Source: Eledone cirrhosa
Taxonomy: Eukaryota
Assembly (NCBI GenBank): GCA_964016885.1
Contig: OZ024740.1
Location: 244,652,001 to 244,716,000, forward strand
Direction of reading: 5' to 3'
Length of the DNA: 64,000 bases
A program made the position numbers and the translations under genes. Under the pieces are notes generated by a model. The model was not told where the DNA came from. It saw nothing but the letters and a program-made list of their open reading frames with translations, and did not search any database. Positions within the stretch are counted from its first letter, which is position 1. Each line of letters starts with the position of its first letter. Shown here piece after piece: positions 23,401-38,400 of the stretch.

Positions 23401-26400
23401 GTTGTTATTTTGTAGATTTTGTAGTAGTGGTTATAATGTAGACAGTGTAGTAGTGTTTAAAGTGTAGACTGTGTAGTAGTGGTTAAAGTGTAAACGGTGT
23501 AGTAGTGGATATATTGTAGACTGTGTAATAGTGGTTATATTGTAGACTGTGTGGTAGTGGTTATATTGTAGACTGTGTAGTAGTGGTTATAGTGTAGACT
23601 GTGTAGTAGTGGTTATAGTGTAGACTGTGTAGTGGTGGTTATATTGTATATTGTGTAGTAGTGGTTATATTGTCGACTGTGTAGTAGTTGTTATATTGTA
23701 GACTGTGTAGTAGTGGTTATAGTGTAGACTGTGTAGTAGTGGTTATATTGTAGACTGTGTAGTAGTGGTTATATTGTAGACTGTGTAGTAGTCGGTATAT
23801 TGTAGACTGTGTAGTAGTGGTTATATTGTCGACTGTGTAGTAGTGGTTACATTGTAGACTGTGTAGTAGTGGTTATAGTGTAGACTGTGTAGTAGTGGTT
23901 ATAGTGTATACTGTGTTGTAGTGGTTATATTGTAGACTATTAAGTAGTGGTTATATTGTAGACCGTGTAGTAGTGGTTATATTGTAGACTGTGTAGTAGT
24001 GCTTATAGTGTAGACTATGTTGTAGTGGTTATATTGTAGACAGTGTAGTAGTGGTTATATTGTGGACTGTGTAGTAGTGGTTATATTGTAGACTCTGTAG
24101 TAGTGGTTATATTGTAGATTGTGTAGTAGTGGTTATAGTGTAGACTGTGTAGTAGTGGTTATATTGTACACTGTGTAGTAGTCTGTGTAGTACTGGTTAT
24201 ATTATAGACTGTGTAGTAGTGGTAATATTGTAGACTGTGTAGTAGTGGTTATAGTGTAGACTGTGTAGTAGTGGTTATAGTGTAGACTGTGTTGTAGTGG
24301 TTATATTGTAGACTATGTAGTAGTGGTTATATTGTAGAATGTGTAGTAGTGGTTATATTGTAGAATGTGTAGTAGTGCTTATAGTGTAGACTGTGTTGTA
24401 GTGGTTATATTGTAGACTGTGTAGTAGTGGTTATATTGTGGACTGTGTAGTAGTGGTTATATTGTAGACTCTGTAGTAGTGGTTATATTTTAGATTGTGT
24501 AGTAGTGGTTATAGTGTAGACTGTGTAGTAGTGGTTATATTGTAGAGTGTGTAGTAGTGGTTATAGTGTAGAATGTGTAGTAGTGCTTATATTGTATACT
24601 GTGTAGTAGTGGTTATAGTGTAGACTGTGTAGTAGTGGTTATACTGTTGACTGTGTAGTATTCTGTGTAGTAGTGATTATATCGTAGACTGTGTAGTAGT
24701 GGTTATATTGTGGAATGTGTAGTAGTGGTTATATTGTAAACTGTGTAGTAGTGGTTATATTGTCGACTGTGTAGTAGTGGTTATAGTGTAGACTGTGTAG
24801 TAGTGGTTATAGTGTAGACTGTGTAGTAGTGGTTATAGTGTAGAGTGTGTAGTAGTGGTTATATTGTAGACTGTATAGTAGTGGTTATAGTGTTGACTGT
24901 GTAGTAGTGGTTATAGTGTTGACTGTGTAGTAGTGGTTATAGTGTAGACTATGTAGTAGTGGTTATAGTGTATACTGTGTTGTAGTGGTTATATTGTAGA
25001 CTATGTAGTAGTGGTTATATTGTAGACCGTGTAGTAGTGGTTATATTGTAGACTGTGTAGTAGTGCTTATAGTGTAGACTATGTTGTAGTGGTTATGTTG
25101 TAGACTGTGTAGTAGTGGTTATATCGTAGATTGAGTAGTAGTGGTTATAGTGTAGACTGTGTAGTAGTGGTTATATTGTAGACTGTGTAGTAGTCTGTGT
25201 AGTACTGGTTATATTATAGACTGTGCAGTAGTGGTTATATTGTAGACTGTGTAGTAGTGGTTATATTGTATACTCTTTAGTAGTGCTTATATTTCAGACT
25301 GTAGTAGTGGTTATATTGTAGACTGTGTAGTAGTGGTTATATTGTGGACTGTGTAGTAGTGGTTATATTGTAGACTGTGTAGTAGTGCTTATAGTGTGGA
25401 CTGTGTAGTAGTGGTTATAGTGTAGACTGTGTAGTAGTGGTTATATTGTAGATGGTGTAGTAGTGATTATACTGTAGACTGTCTAGTAGTCTGAGTAGTA
25501 GTGGTTATAGTGTAGGCTGTGTAGTAGTGGTTAAAGTGTAGACTGTGTAGTAGTTGTTATACTGTAGACTTACTAGTTGTCTGAGTAGTAGGGGTTATAG
25601 TGTAGACTGTGATGTAGTGATTATATTGTTTACTCTGTAGTAGTGGTTACATTGTTGACTGTGTAGTAGTGGTTATATTGTAGACTGTGTAGTAGTGGCT
25701 ATATTGTAGACTGGGTAGTAGTGGTTATATTGTAGACTGTGTAGTGGTGGTTATAGAGTACACTGTGTAGTAATGGCTATATTGTAGAGTGGGTAGTAGT
25801 GGTTAAAGTGTAGACTGTGTAGTAGTGGTTATATTGTAGACTGTGTAGTAGTGGTTAATGTGTAGACTGTGTAGTAGTAGTTATAGTGTAGATTGTGTAG
25901 TAGGGGTTATATCGTAGACTGTATAGTAGTGGTTATAGTGTAGACTGTGTAGTAGTAGTTATAGTGTAGACTGTGTTGTAGTCGTTGTAGTGTAGACTGT
26001 GTAGTAGTGGTTATAATGTAAATTATGTAGTAGTGCTTAAAGTAATAGACTGTGTTGTAGTGTTTATAGTGTAGACTGTGTAGTAGTGGTTATAGTGTAG
26101 ACTGTGTAGTAGTGGTTAAAGTATAGACTGTGTAGTAGTGGTTATAGTGTAGTCTGTGTAGTAGTTGTTATATTGTAGACTGTGTAGTAGTGATTATGTT
26201 GTCGACTGTGTAGTAGTGGTTATATTGTAAACTGTGTAGTAGTGGTTATAGTGTAGACTGCGTTGTAGTGATTATATTGTTTACTGTGTAGTAGTGGTTA
26301 TATTGTAGACAGTGTTGTAGTGGTTATACTGTAGAATGTGTAGTAGTTGTTATTTTGTAGATTTTGTAGTAGTGGTTATAGTGTAGACAGTGTAGTAGTG

Positions 26401-29400
26401 TTTAAAGTGTAGACTGTGTAGTAGTGGTTAAAGTGTAAACGGTGTAGTAGTGGATATATTGTAGACTGTGTAATAGTGGTTATATTGTAGACTGTGTGGT
26501 AGTGGTTATATTGTAGACTGTGTAGTAGTGGTTATAGTGTAGACTGTGTAGTAGTGGTTATAGTGTAGACTGTGTAGTGGTGGTTATATTGTATATTGTG
26601 TAGTAGTGGTTATATTGTCGACTGTGTAGTAGTTGTTATATTGTAGACTGTGTAGTAGTGGTTATAGTGTAGACTGTGTAGTAGTGGTTATACTGTAGAC
26701 TGTGTAGTATTCTGTGTAGTAGTGGTTATATTGTAGACTGTGTAGTAGTGATTATATTGTCGACTGTGTAGTAGTGGTTATAGTGTAGACTGTGTAGTAG
26801 TGGTTATAGTGTAGATTGTGTAGTAGTGGTTATATTGTAAACTGTGTAGTAGTGGTTATAGTGTGGACTGTGTAGTAGTGGTTATAGTGTAGACTGTGTA
26901 GTAGTGGTTATATTGTAGACTGTGTAGTAGTGGTTATATTGTAGACTGTGTAGTAGTGGTTATATTGTAGACTGTTTAGTAGTGGTTATAGTGTAGACTC
27001 TGTAGTAGTCTGTCTAGTAGTGGTCATATTGTAGACTGTGTAGTAGTGATAATATTGTCGACTGTGTAGTAGTGGTTATAGTGTAGACTTGTAGTAGTGG
27101 TTATAGTGTAGACTGTGTTGTAGTGGTTGTAGTGTAGACTGTGTAGTAGTGGTTATAATGTAAATTATGTAGTAGTGCTTAAAGTAATAGACTGTGTTGT
27201 AGTGTTTATAGTGTAGACTGTGTAGTAGTGGTTATAGTGTAGACTGTGTAGTAGTGGTTAAAGTATAGACTGTGTAGTAGTGGTTATATTGTAGACTGTG
27301 TTGTAGTGGTTATAGTGTAGACTGTGTTGTATTGATTATATTGTAGATGGTGTAGTAGTGATTATACTGTAGACTGTCTAGTAGTCTGAGTAGTAATGGT
27401 TATAGTGTAGCTGTGTAGTAGTTGTTAATGTGTAGATTGTGTAGTAGTGGTTATATTGTAGACTGTGTAGTAGTGTTTATATTGTAGACTGTGTAGTACT
27501 TGTTATATTGTAGACTGTGTAGTAGTGGTTATATTGTAGACTGTGTAGTAGTGGTTATAGTGTAGAATGTGTAATAGTGGTTATATTTTAGACTGTGTAG
27601 TAGTTGTTATATTGTGAAACTGTGTAGTAATGGTTATATTGTAGACTGTGTAGTAGTGGTTATATTGTAGACTGTGTAGTAGTAGTTATATTGTAGACGG
27701 TGTAGTAGTGGTTATATTGTAGACTGTGTAGTAGTGGTTATATTGTGGACTGTGTAATAGTGGTTATATTGTAGACTGTGTAGTAGCGGTTATAGTGTAG
27801 ACTGTGTAGTAGTGATTATATTGTAGACTGTGTAGTAGTCTGTGTAGTACTGGTTATATTGTAGACTGTGTAGTAGTTGTTATATTGTAGACTGTGTAGT
27901 AGTGGTTATAGTTTAGACTGTGTAGTAGTGGTTATAGTGTAGACTGTGTTGTAGTGGTTATATTGTAGACTATGTAGTAGTGTTTATATTGTAGACTGTG
28001 TAGTAGTGGTTATATTGTAGATTGTGTAGTAGTGGTTAAAGTGTAGACTGTGTAGTAGTGGTTATATTGTGGACTGTGTAGTAGTGGTTATATTGTAGAC
28101 TGTGTAGTAGTGGTTATAGTGTGGACTGTGTGATAGTGATTATAGTGTAGACTGTGTAGTAGTGGTTATAGTGTAGACTGTGTAGTAGTGGTTATAGTGT
28201 AGACTGTGTAGTAGTGGTTATAGTGTAGACTGTGTAGTAGTGGTTATATTGTAGACTGTATAGTAGTGGTTATAGTGTAGACTGTGTAGTAGTGGTTATA
28301 GTGTTGACTGTGTAGTAGTGGTTATAGTGTAGACTATGTAGTAGTGGTTATAGTGTATACTGTGTTGTAGTGGTTATATTGTAGACTATGTAGTAGTGGT
28401 TATATTGTAGACCGTGTAGTAGTGGTTATATTGTAGACTGTGTAGTAGTGCTTATAGTGTAGACTATGTTGTAGTGGTTATGTTGTAGACTGTGTAGTAG
28501 TGGTTATATCGTAGATTGAGTAGTAGTGGTTATAGTGTATACTGTGTAGTAGTGGTTATATTGTTGACTGTGTAGTAGTCTGTGTAGTACTGGTTATATT
28601 ATAGACTGTGCAGTAGTGGTTATATTGTAGACTGTGTAGTAGTGGTTATATTGTATACTCTTTAGTAGTGCTTATATTTCAGACTGTAGTAGTGGTTATA
28701 TTGTAGACTGTGTAGTAGTGGTTATATTGTGGACTGTGTAGTAGTGGTTATATTGTAGACTGTGTAGTAGTGCTTATAGTGTGGACTGTGTAGTAGTGGT
28801 TATAGTGTAGACTGTGTAGTAGTGGTTATATTGTAGATGGTGTAGTAGTGATTATACTGTAGACTGTCTAGTAGTCTGAGTAGTAGTGGTTATAGTGTAG
28901 GCTGTGTAGTAGTGGTTAAAGTGTAGACTGTGTAGTAGTTGTTATACTGTAGACTTACTAGTTGTCTGAGTAGTAGGGGTTATAGTGTAGACTGTGATGT
29001 AGTGATTATATTGTTTACTCTGTAGTAGTGGTTACATTGTTGACTGTGTAGTAGTGGTTATATTGTAGACTGTGTAGTAGTGGCTATATTGTAGACTGGG
29101 TAGTAGTGGTTATATTGTCGACTGTGTAGTAGTTGTTATATTGTAGACTGTGTAGTAGTGGTTATAGTGTAGACTGTGTAGTAGTGGTTATACTGTAGAC
29201 TGTGTAGTATTCTGTGTAGTAGTGGTTATATTGTAGACTGTGTAGTAGTGATTATATTGTCGACTGTGTAGTAGTGGTTATAGTGTAGACTGTGTAGTAG
29301 TGGTTATAGTGTAGATTGTGTAGTAGTGGTTATATTGTAAACTGTGTAGTAGTGGTTATAGTGTGGACTGTGTAGTAGTGGTTATAGTGTAGACTGTGTA

Positions 29401-32400
29401 GTAGTGGTTATATTGTAGACTGTGTAGTAGTGGTTATATTGTAGACTGTGTAGTAGTGGTTATATTGTAGACTGTTTAGTAGTGGTTATAGTGTAGACTC
29501 TGTAGTAGTCTGTCTAGTAGTGGTCATATTGTAGACTGTGTAGTAGTGATAATATTGTCGACTGTGTAGTAGTGGTTATAGTGTAGACTTGTAGTAGTGG
29601 TTATAGTGTAGACTGTGTTGTAGTGGTTGTAGTGTAGACTGTGTAGTAGTGGTTATAATGTAAATTATGTAGTAGTGCTTAAAGTAATAGACTGTGTTGT
29701 AGTGTTTATAGTGTAGACTGTGTAGTAGTGGTTATAGTGTAGACTGTGTAGTAGTGGTTAAAGTATAGACTGTGTAGTAGTGGTTATATTGTAGACTGTG
29801 TTGTAGTGGTTATAGTGTAGACTGTGTTGTATTGATTATATTGTAGATGGTGTAGTAGTGATTATACTGTAGACTGTCTAGTAGTCTGAGTAGTAATGGT
29901 TATAGTGTAGCTGTGTAGTAGTTGTTAATGTGTAGATTGTGTAGTAGTGGTTATATTGTAGACTGTGTAGTAGTGTTTATATTGTAGACTGTGTAGTACT
30001 TGTTATATTGTAGACTGTGTAGTAGTGGTTATATTGTAGACTGTGTAGTAGTGGTTATAGTGTAGAATGTGTAATAGTGGTTATATTTTAGACTGTGTAG
30101 TAGTTGTTATATTGTGAAACTGTGTAGTAATGGTTATATTGTAGACTGTGTAGTAGTGGTTATATTGTAGACTGTGTAGTAGTAGTTATATTGTAGACGG
30201 TGTAGTAGTGGTTATATTGTAGACTGTGTAGTAGTGGTTATATTGTGGACTGTGTAATAGTGGTTATATTGTAGACTGTGTAGTAGCGGTTATAGTGTAG
30301 ACTGTGTAGTAGTGATTATATTGTAGACTGTGTAGTAGTCTGTGTAGTACTGGTTATATTGTAGACTGTGTAGTAGTTGTTATATTGTAGACTGTGTAGT
30401 AGTGGTTATAGTTTAGACTGTGTAGTAGTGGTTATAGTGTAGACTGTGTTGTAGTGGTTATATTGTAGACTATGTAGTAGTGTTTATATTGTAGACTGTG
30501 TAGTAGTGGTTATATTGTAGATTGTGTAGTAGTGGTTAAAGTGTAGACTGTGTAGTAGTGGTTATATTGTGGACTGTGTAGTAGTGGTTATATTGTAGAC
30601 TGTGTAGTAGTGGTTATAGTGTGGACTGTGTGATAGTGATTATAGTGTAGACTGTGTAGTAGTGGTTATAGTGTAGACTGTGTAGTAGTGGTTATAGTGT
30701 AGACTGTGTAGTAGTGGTTATAGTGTAGACTGTGTAGTAGTGGTTATATTGTAGACTGTATAGTAGTGGTTATAGTGTAGACTGTGTAGTAGTGGTTATA
30801 GTGTTGACTGTGTAGTAGTGGTTATAGTGTAGACTATGTAGTAGTGGTTATAGTGTATACTGTGTTGTAGTGGTTATATTGTAGACTATGTAGTAGTGGT
30901 TATATTGTAGACCGTGTAGTAGTGGTTATATTGTAGACTGTGTAGTAGTGCTTATAGTGTAGACTATGTTGTAGTGGTTATGTTGTAGACTGTGTAGTAG
31001 TGGTTATATCGTAGATTGAGTAGTAGTGGTTATAGTGTATACTGTGTAGTAGTGGTTATATTGTTGACTGTGTAGTAGTCTGTGTAGTACTGGTTATATT
31101 ATAGACTGTGCAGTAGTGGTTATATTGTAGACTGTGTAGTAGTGGTTATATTGTATACTCTTTAGTAGTGCTTATATTTCAGACTGTAGTAGTGGTTATA
31201 TTGTAGACTGTGTAGTAGTGGTTATATTGTGGACTGTGTAGTAGTCGTTATATTGTAGACTGTGTAGTAGTGCTTATAGTGTGGACTGTGTAGTAGTGGT
31301 TATAGTGTAGACTGTGTAGTAGTGGTTATATTGTAGATGGTGTAGTAGTGATTATACTGTAGACTGTCTAGTAGTCTGAGTAGTAGTGGTTATAGTGTAG
31401 GCTGTGTAGTAGTGGTTAAAGTGTAGACTGTGTAGTAGTTGTTATACTGTAGACTTACTAGTTGTCTGAGTAGTAGGGGTTATAGTGTAGACTGTGATGT
31501 AGTGATTATATTGTTTACTCTGTAGTAGTGGTTACATTGTTGACTGTGTAGTAGTGGTTATATTGTAGACTGTGTAGTAGTGGCTATATTGTAGACTGGG
31601 TAGTAGTGGTTATATTGTAGACTGTGTAGTGGTGGTTATAGAGTACACTGTGTAGTAATGGCTATATTGTAGAGTGGGTAGTAGTGGTTAAAGTGTAGAC
31701 TGTGTAGTAGTGGTTATATTGTAGACTGTGTAGTAGTGGTTAATGTGTAGACTGTGTAGTAGTAGTTATAGTGTAGATTGTGTAGTAGGGGTTATATTGT
31801 AGACTGTATAGTAGTGGTTATAGTGTAGACTGTGTAGTAGTAGTTATAGTGTAGACTGTGTTGTAGTGGTTGTAGTGTAGACTGTGTAGTAGTGGTTATA
31901 ATGTAAATTATGTAGTAGTGCTTAAAGTAATAGACTGTGTTGTAGTGTTTATAGTGTAGACTGTGTAGTAGTGGTTATAGTGTAGACTGTGTAGTAGTGG
32001 TTAAAGTATAGACTGTGTAGTAGTGGTTATAGTGTAGTCTGTGTAGTAGTTGTTATATTGTAGACTGTGTAGTAGTGATTATGTTGTCGACTGTGTAGTA
32101 GTGGTTATATTGTAAACTGTGTAGTAGTGGTTATAGTGTAGACTGCGTTGTAGTGATTATATTGTTTACTGTGTAGTAGTGGTTATATTGTAGACAGTGT
32201 TGTAGTGGTTATACTGTAGAATGTGTAGTAGTTGTTATTTTGTAGATTTTGTAGTAGTGGTTATAATGTAGACAGTGTAGTAGTGTTTAAAGTGTAGACT
32301 GTGTAGTAGTGGTTAAAGTGTAAACGGTGTAGTAGTGGATATATTGTAGACTGTGTAATAGTGGTTATATTGTAGACTGTGTGGTAGTGGTTATATTGTA

Positions 32401-35400
32401 GACTGTGTAGTAGTGGTTATAGTGTAGACTGTGTAGTAGTGGTTATAGTGTAGACTGTGTAGTGGTGGTTATATTGTATATTGTGTAGTAGTGGTTATAT
32501 TGTCGACTGTGTAGTAGTTGTTATATTGTAGACTGTGTAGTAGTGGTTATAGTGTAGACTGTGTAGTAGTGGTTATATTGTAGACTGTGTAGTAGTGGTT
32601 ATATTGTAGACTGTGTAGTAGTCGGTATATTGTAGACTGTGTAGTAGTGGTTATATTGTCGACTGTGTAGTAGTGGTTACATTGTAGACTGTGTAGTAGT
32701 GGTTATAGTGTAGACTGTGTAGTAGTGGTTATAGTGTATACTGTGTTGTAGTGGTTATATTGTAGACTATTAAGTAGTGGTTATATTGTAGACCGTGTAG
32801 TAGTGGTTATATTGTAGACTGTGTAGTAGTGCTTATAGTGTAGACTATGTTGTAGTGGTTATATTGTAGACAGTGTAGTAGTGGTTATATTGTGGACTGT
32901 GTAGTAGTGGTTATATTGTAGACTCTGTAGTAGTGGTTATATTGTAGATTGTGTAGTAGTGGTTATAGTGTAGACTGTGTAGTAGTGGTTATATTGTACA
33001 CTGTGTAGTAGTCTGTGTAGTACTGGTTATATTATAGACTGTGTAGTAGTGGTAATATTGTAGACTGTGTAGTAGTGGTTATATTGTAGACTGTGTAGTA
33101 GTGGTTAATGTGTAGACTGTGTAGTAGTAGTTATAGTGTAGATTGTGTAGTAGGGGTTATATTGTAGACTGTATAGTAGTGGTTATAGTGTAGACTGTGT
33201 AGTAGTAGTTATAGTGTAGACTGTGTTGTAGTGGTTGTAGTGTAGACTGTGTAGTAGTGGTTATAATGTAAATTATGTAGTAGTGCTTAAAGTAATAGAC
33301 TGTGTTGTAGTGTTTATAGTGTAGACTGTGTAGTAGTGGTTATAGTGTAGACTGTGTAGTAGTGGTTAAAGTATAGACTGTGTAGTAGTGGTTATAGTGT
33401 AGTCTGTGTAGTAGTTGTTATATTGTAGACTGTGTAGTAGTGATTATGTTGTCGACTGTGTAGTAGTGGTTATATTGTAAACTGTGTAGTAGTGGTTATA
33501 GTGTAGACTGCGTTGTAGTGATTATATTGTTTACTGTGTAGTAGTGGTTATATTGTAGACAGTGTTGTAGTGGTTATACTGTAGAATGTGTAGTAGTTGT
33601 TATTTTGTAGATTTTGTAGTAGTGGTTATAATGTAGACAGTGTAGTAGTGTTTAAAGTGTAGACTGTGTAGTAGTGGTTAAAGTGTAAACGGTGTAGTAG
33701 TGGATATATTGTAGACTGTGTAATAGTGGTTATATTGTAGACTGTGTGGTAGTGGTTATATTGTAGACTGTGTAGTAGTGGTTATAGTGTAGACTGTGTA
33801 GTAGTGGTTATAGTGTAGACTGTGTAGTGGTGGTTATATTGTATATTGTGTAGTAGTGGTTATATTGTCGACTGTGTAGTAGTTGTTATATTGTAGACTG
33901 TGTAGTAGTGGTTATAGTGTAGACTGTGTAGTAGTGGTTATATTGTAGACTGTGTAGTAGTGGTTATATTGTAGACTGTGTAGTAGTCGGTATATTGTAG
34001 ACTGTGTAGTAGTGGTTATATTGTCGACTGTGTAGTAGTGGTTACATTGTAGACTGTGTAGTAGTGGTTATAGTGTAGACTGTGTAGTAGTGGTTATAGT
34101 GTATACTGTGTTGTAGTGGTTATATTGTAGACTATTAAGTAGTGGTTATATTGTAGACCGTGTAGTAGTGGTTATATTGTAGACTGTGTAGTAGTGCTTA
34201 TAGTGTAGACTATGTTGTAGTGGTTATATTGTAGACAGTGTAGTAGTGGTTATATTGTGGACTGTGTAGTAGTGGTTATATTGTAGACTCTGTAGTAGTG
34301 GTTATATTGTAGATTGTGTAGTAGTGGTTATAGTGTAGACTGTGTAGTAGTGGTTATATTGTACACTGTGTAGTAGTCTGTGTAGTACTGGTTATATTAT
34401 AGACTGTGTAGTAGTGGTAATATTGTAGACTGTGTAGTAGTGGTTATAGTGTAGACTGTGTAGTAGTGGTTATAGTGTAGACTGTGTTGTAGTGGTTATA
34501 TTGTAGACTATGTAGTAGTGGTTATATTGTAGAATGTGTAGTAGTGGTTATATTGTAGAATGTGTAGTAGTGCTTATAGTGTAGACTGTGTTGTAGTGGT
34601 TATATTGTAGACTGTGTAGTAGTGGTTATATTGTGGACTGTGTAGTAGTGGTTATATTGTAGACTCTGTAGTAGTGGTTATATTTTAGATTGTGTAGTAG
34701 TGGTTATAGTGTAGACTGTGTAGTAGTGGTTATATTGTAGAGTGTGTAGTAGTGGTTATAGTGTAGAATGTGTAGTAGTGCTTATATTGTATACTGTGTA
34801 GTAGTGGTTATAGTGTAGACTGTGTAGTAGTGGTTATACTGTAGACTGTGTAGTATTCTGTGTAGTAGTGATTATATCGTAGACTGTGTAGTAGTGGTTA
34901 TATTGTGGACTGTGTAGTAGTGGTTATATTGTAAACTGTGTAGTAGTGGTTATATTGTCGACTGTGTAGTAGTGGTTATAGTGTAGACTGTGTAGTAGTG
35001 GTTATAGTGTAGACTGTGTAGTAGTGGTTATAGTGTAGACTGTGTAGTAGTGGTTATATTGTAGACTGTATAGTAGTGGTTATAGTGTAGACTGTGTAGT
35101 AGTGGTTATAGTGTTGACTGTGTAGTAGTGGTTATAGTGTAGACTATGTAGTAGTGGTTATAGTGTATACTGTGTTGTAGTGGTTATATTGTAGACTATG
35201 TAGTAGTGGTTATATTGTAGACCGTGTAGTAGTGGTTATATTGTAGACTGTGTAGTAATGCTTATAGTGTAGACTATGTTGTAGTGGTTATGTTGTAGAC
35301 TGTGTAGTAGTGGTTATATCGTAGATTGAGTAGTAGTGGTTATAGTGTAGACTGTGTAGTAGTGGTTATATTGTAGACTGTGTAGTAGTCTGTGTAGTAC

Positions 35401-38400
35401 TGGTTATATTATAGACTGTGCAGTAGTGGTTATATTGTAGACTGTGTAGTAGTGGTTATATTGTATACTCTTTAGTAGTGCTTATATTTCAGACTGTAGT
35501 AGTGGTTATATTGTAGACTGTGTAGTAGTGGTTATATTGTGGACTGTGTAGTAGTGGTTATATTGTAGACTGTGTAGTAGTGCTTATAGTGTGGACTGTG
35601 TAGTAGTGGTTATAGTGTAGACTGTGTAGTAGTGGTTATATTGTAGATGGTGTAGTAGTGATTATACTGTAGACTGTCTAGTAGTCTGAGTAGTAGTGGT
35701 TATAGTGTAGGCTGTGTAGTAGTGGTTAAAGTGTAGACTGTGTAGTAGTTGTTATACTGTAGACTTACTAGTTGTCTGAGTAGTAGGGGTTATAGTGCAG
35801 ACTGTGATGTAGTGATTATATTGTTTACTCTGTAGTAGTGGTTATATTGTTGACTGTGTAGTAGTGGTTATATTGTAGACTGTGTAGTAGTGGCTATATT
35901 GTAGACTGGGTAGTAGTGGTTATATTGTAGACTGTGTAGTAGTGTTTATATTGTAGACTGTGTAGTACTTGTTATATTGTAGACTGTGTAGTAGTGGTTA
36001 TATTGTAGACTGTGTAGTAGTGGTTATAGTGTAGAATGTGTAGTAGTGGTTATAGTGTAGACTGTGTAGTAGTGGTTATATTGTGGATTGTGTAGTAGTG
36101 GTTATATTGTGGTCTGTGTAGTAGTGGTTATATTGTAGACTGTGTAGTAGTGGTTATAGTGTAGACTGTGTAGTAGCGGTTATATTGTAAACTGTGTAGT
36201 AGTGGTTATAGTGTAGACTGTGTAGTAGTGGTTATAGTGTAGACTGTGTAGTAGTGGTTATATTGTAAACTGTGTAGTAGTGGTTATAGTGTAGACTGTG
36301 TAGTAGTGGTTATATTGTAAACTGTGTAGTAGTGGTTATAGTGTAGACTGTGTAGTAGTGGTTATAGTGTAGACTGTGTAGTAGTGGTTATATTGTAAAC
36401 TGTGTAGTAGTGGTTATAGTGTAGACTGTGTAGTAGTGGTTATATTGTAAACTATGTAGTAGTGGTTATAGTGTAGACTGTGTAGTAGTGGTTATAGTGT
36501 AGACTGTGTAGTAGTGGTTATATTGTGGACTCTGTAGTAGTGGTTATAGTGTAGACTGCGTTGTAGTGATTATATTGTTTACTGTGTAGTAGTGGTTATA
36601 TTGTAGACTGTGTAGTAGTGGTTATAGTGTAGACTGTGTTGTAGTGGTTATATTGTAGACTGTGTAGTAGTGGTTATATTGTAGACTGTGTAGTAGTGGT
36701 TATATTGTGGGCTGTGTAGTAGTGGTTATATTGTAGACTGTGTAGTAGTGGTTATAGTGTAGACTGTGTAGTAGTGGTTATATTGTAGACTGAGTAGTAG
36801 TGGTTATATTGTAGACTGTGTAGTAGTGGTTATAGTGTAGACTGCGTTGTAGTGATTATATTGTTTACTGTGTAGTAGTGGTTATAGTGTAGACTGTGTA
36901 GTAATGGTTATATTGCAGTCTGTGTAGTAGTGGTTATATTGTAAACTGTGTAGTAGTGGTTATAGTGTAGACTGTGTTGTAGTGGTTATATTGTAGACTG
37001 TGCAGTAGTGGTTATATTGTAGAATGTGTAGTAGAGGTTATAGTGTAAACTGTGTAGTAGTGGTTATAGTGTAGACAGTGTTGTAGTGGTTATACTGTAG
37101 AATGTGTAGTAGTTGTTATTTTGTAGATTTTGTAGTAGTGGTTATAGTGTAGACTGTGTAGTAGTGGTTATATTGTAGACTGTGTAGTAGTGTTTAAACT
37201 GTAGACTGTGTAGTAGTGGTTATATTGTAGACTGTGTAGTAGTGATTATGTTGTCGACTGTGTAGTAGTGGTTATAGTGTAGACTGAGTAGTAATGGTTA
37301 TATTGCAGTCTGTGTAGTAGTGGTTATATTGTAAACTGTGTAGTAGTGGTTGTGTAGACTGCGTTGTAGTGATTATATTGTTTACTGTGTAGTAGTGGTT
37401 ATATTGTAGACAGTGTTGTAGTGGTTATACTGTAGAATGTGTAGCAGTTGTTATTTTGTAGATTTTGTAGTAGTGGTTATAGTGTAGACTGTGTAGTAGT
37501 GGTTATATTGTAGACTGTGTAGTAGTGTTTAAAGTGTAGACTGTGTAGTAGTGGTTAAAGTGTAAACGGTGTAGTAGTGGTTATATTGTAGACTGTGTAA
37601 TAGTGGTTATATTGTAGACTGTGTAGTAGTAGTTATATTGTGGACAGTGTAGTAGTGGTTATAGTGTAGACTGTGTAGTAGTGGTTATATTGTAAACTGT
37701 GTAGTAGTGGTTATATTGTCGACTGTGTAGTAGTGGTTATATTGTATACTGTGTAGTAGTGGTTGTAGTGTAGACTGTGTAGTAGTGGTTATACTGTAGA
37801 CTGTGTAGTATTCTGTGTAGTAGTGGTTATATCGTAGACTGTGTAGTAGTGGTTATATTGTGGACTGTGTAGTAGTGGTTATATTGTAAACTGTGTAGTA
37901 GTGGTTATATTGTCGACTGTGTAGTAGTGGTTATATTGTAGACTGTGTAGTAGTGGTTATAGTGTAGACTGTGTAGTAGTGGTTATAGTGTATACTGTGT
38001 TGTAGTGGTTATATTGTAGACTATGTAGTAGTGGTTATATTGTAGACCGTGTAGTAGTGGTTATATTGTAGACTGTGTAGTAGTGCTTATAGTGTAGACT
38101 GTGTAGTATTCTGTGTAGTAGTGGTTATATCGTAGACTGTGTAGTAGTGGTTATATTGTGGACTGTGTAGTAGTGGTTATATTGTAAACTGTGTAGTAGT
38201 GGTTATATTGTCGACTGTGTAGTAGTGGTTATATTGTAGACTGTGTAGTAGTGGTTATAGTGTAGACCGTGTAGTAGTGGTTATAGTGTATACTGTGTTG
38301 TAGTGGTTATATTGTAGACTATGTAGTAGAGGTTATATTGTAGACCGTGTAGTAGTGGTTATATTGTAGACTGTGTAGTAGTGCTTATAGTGTAGACTAT

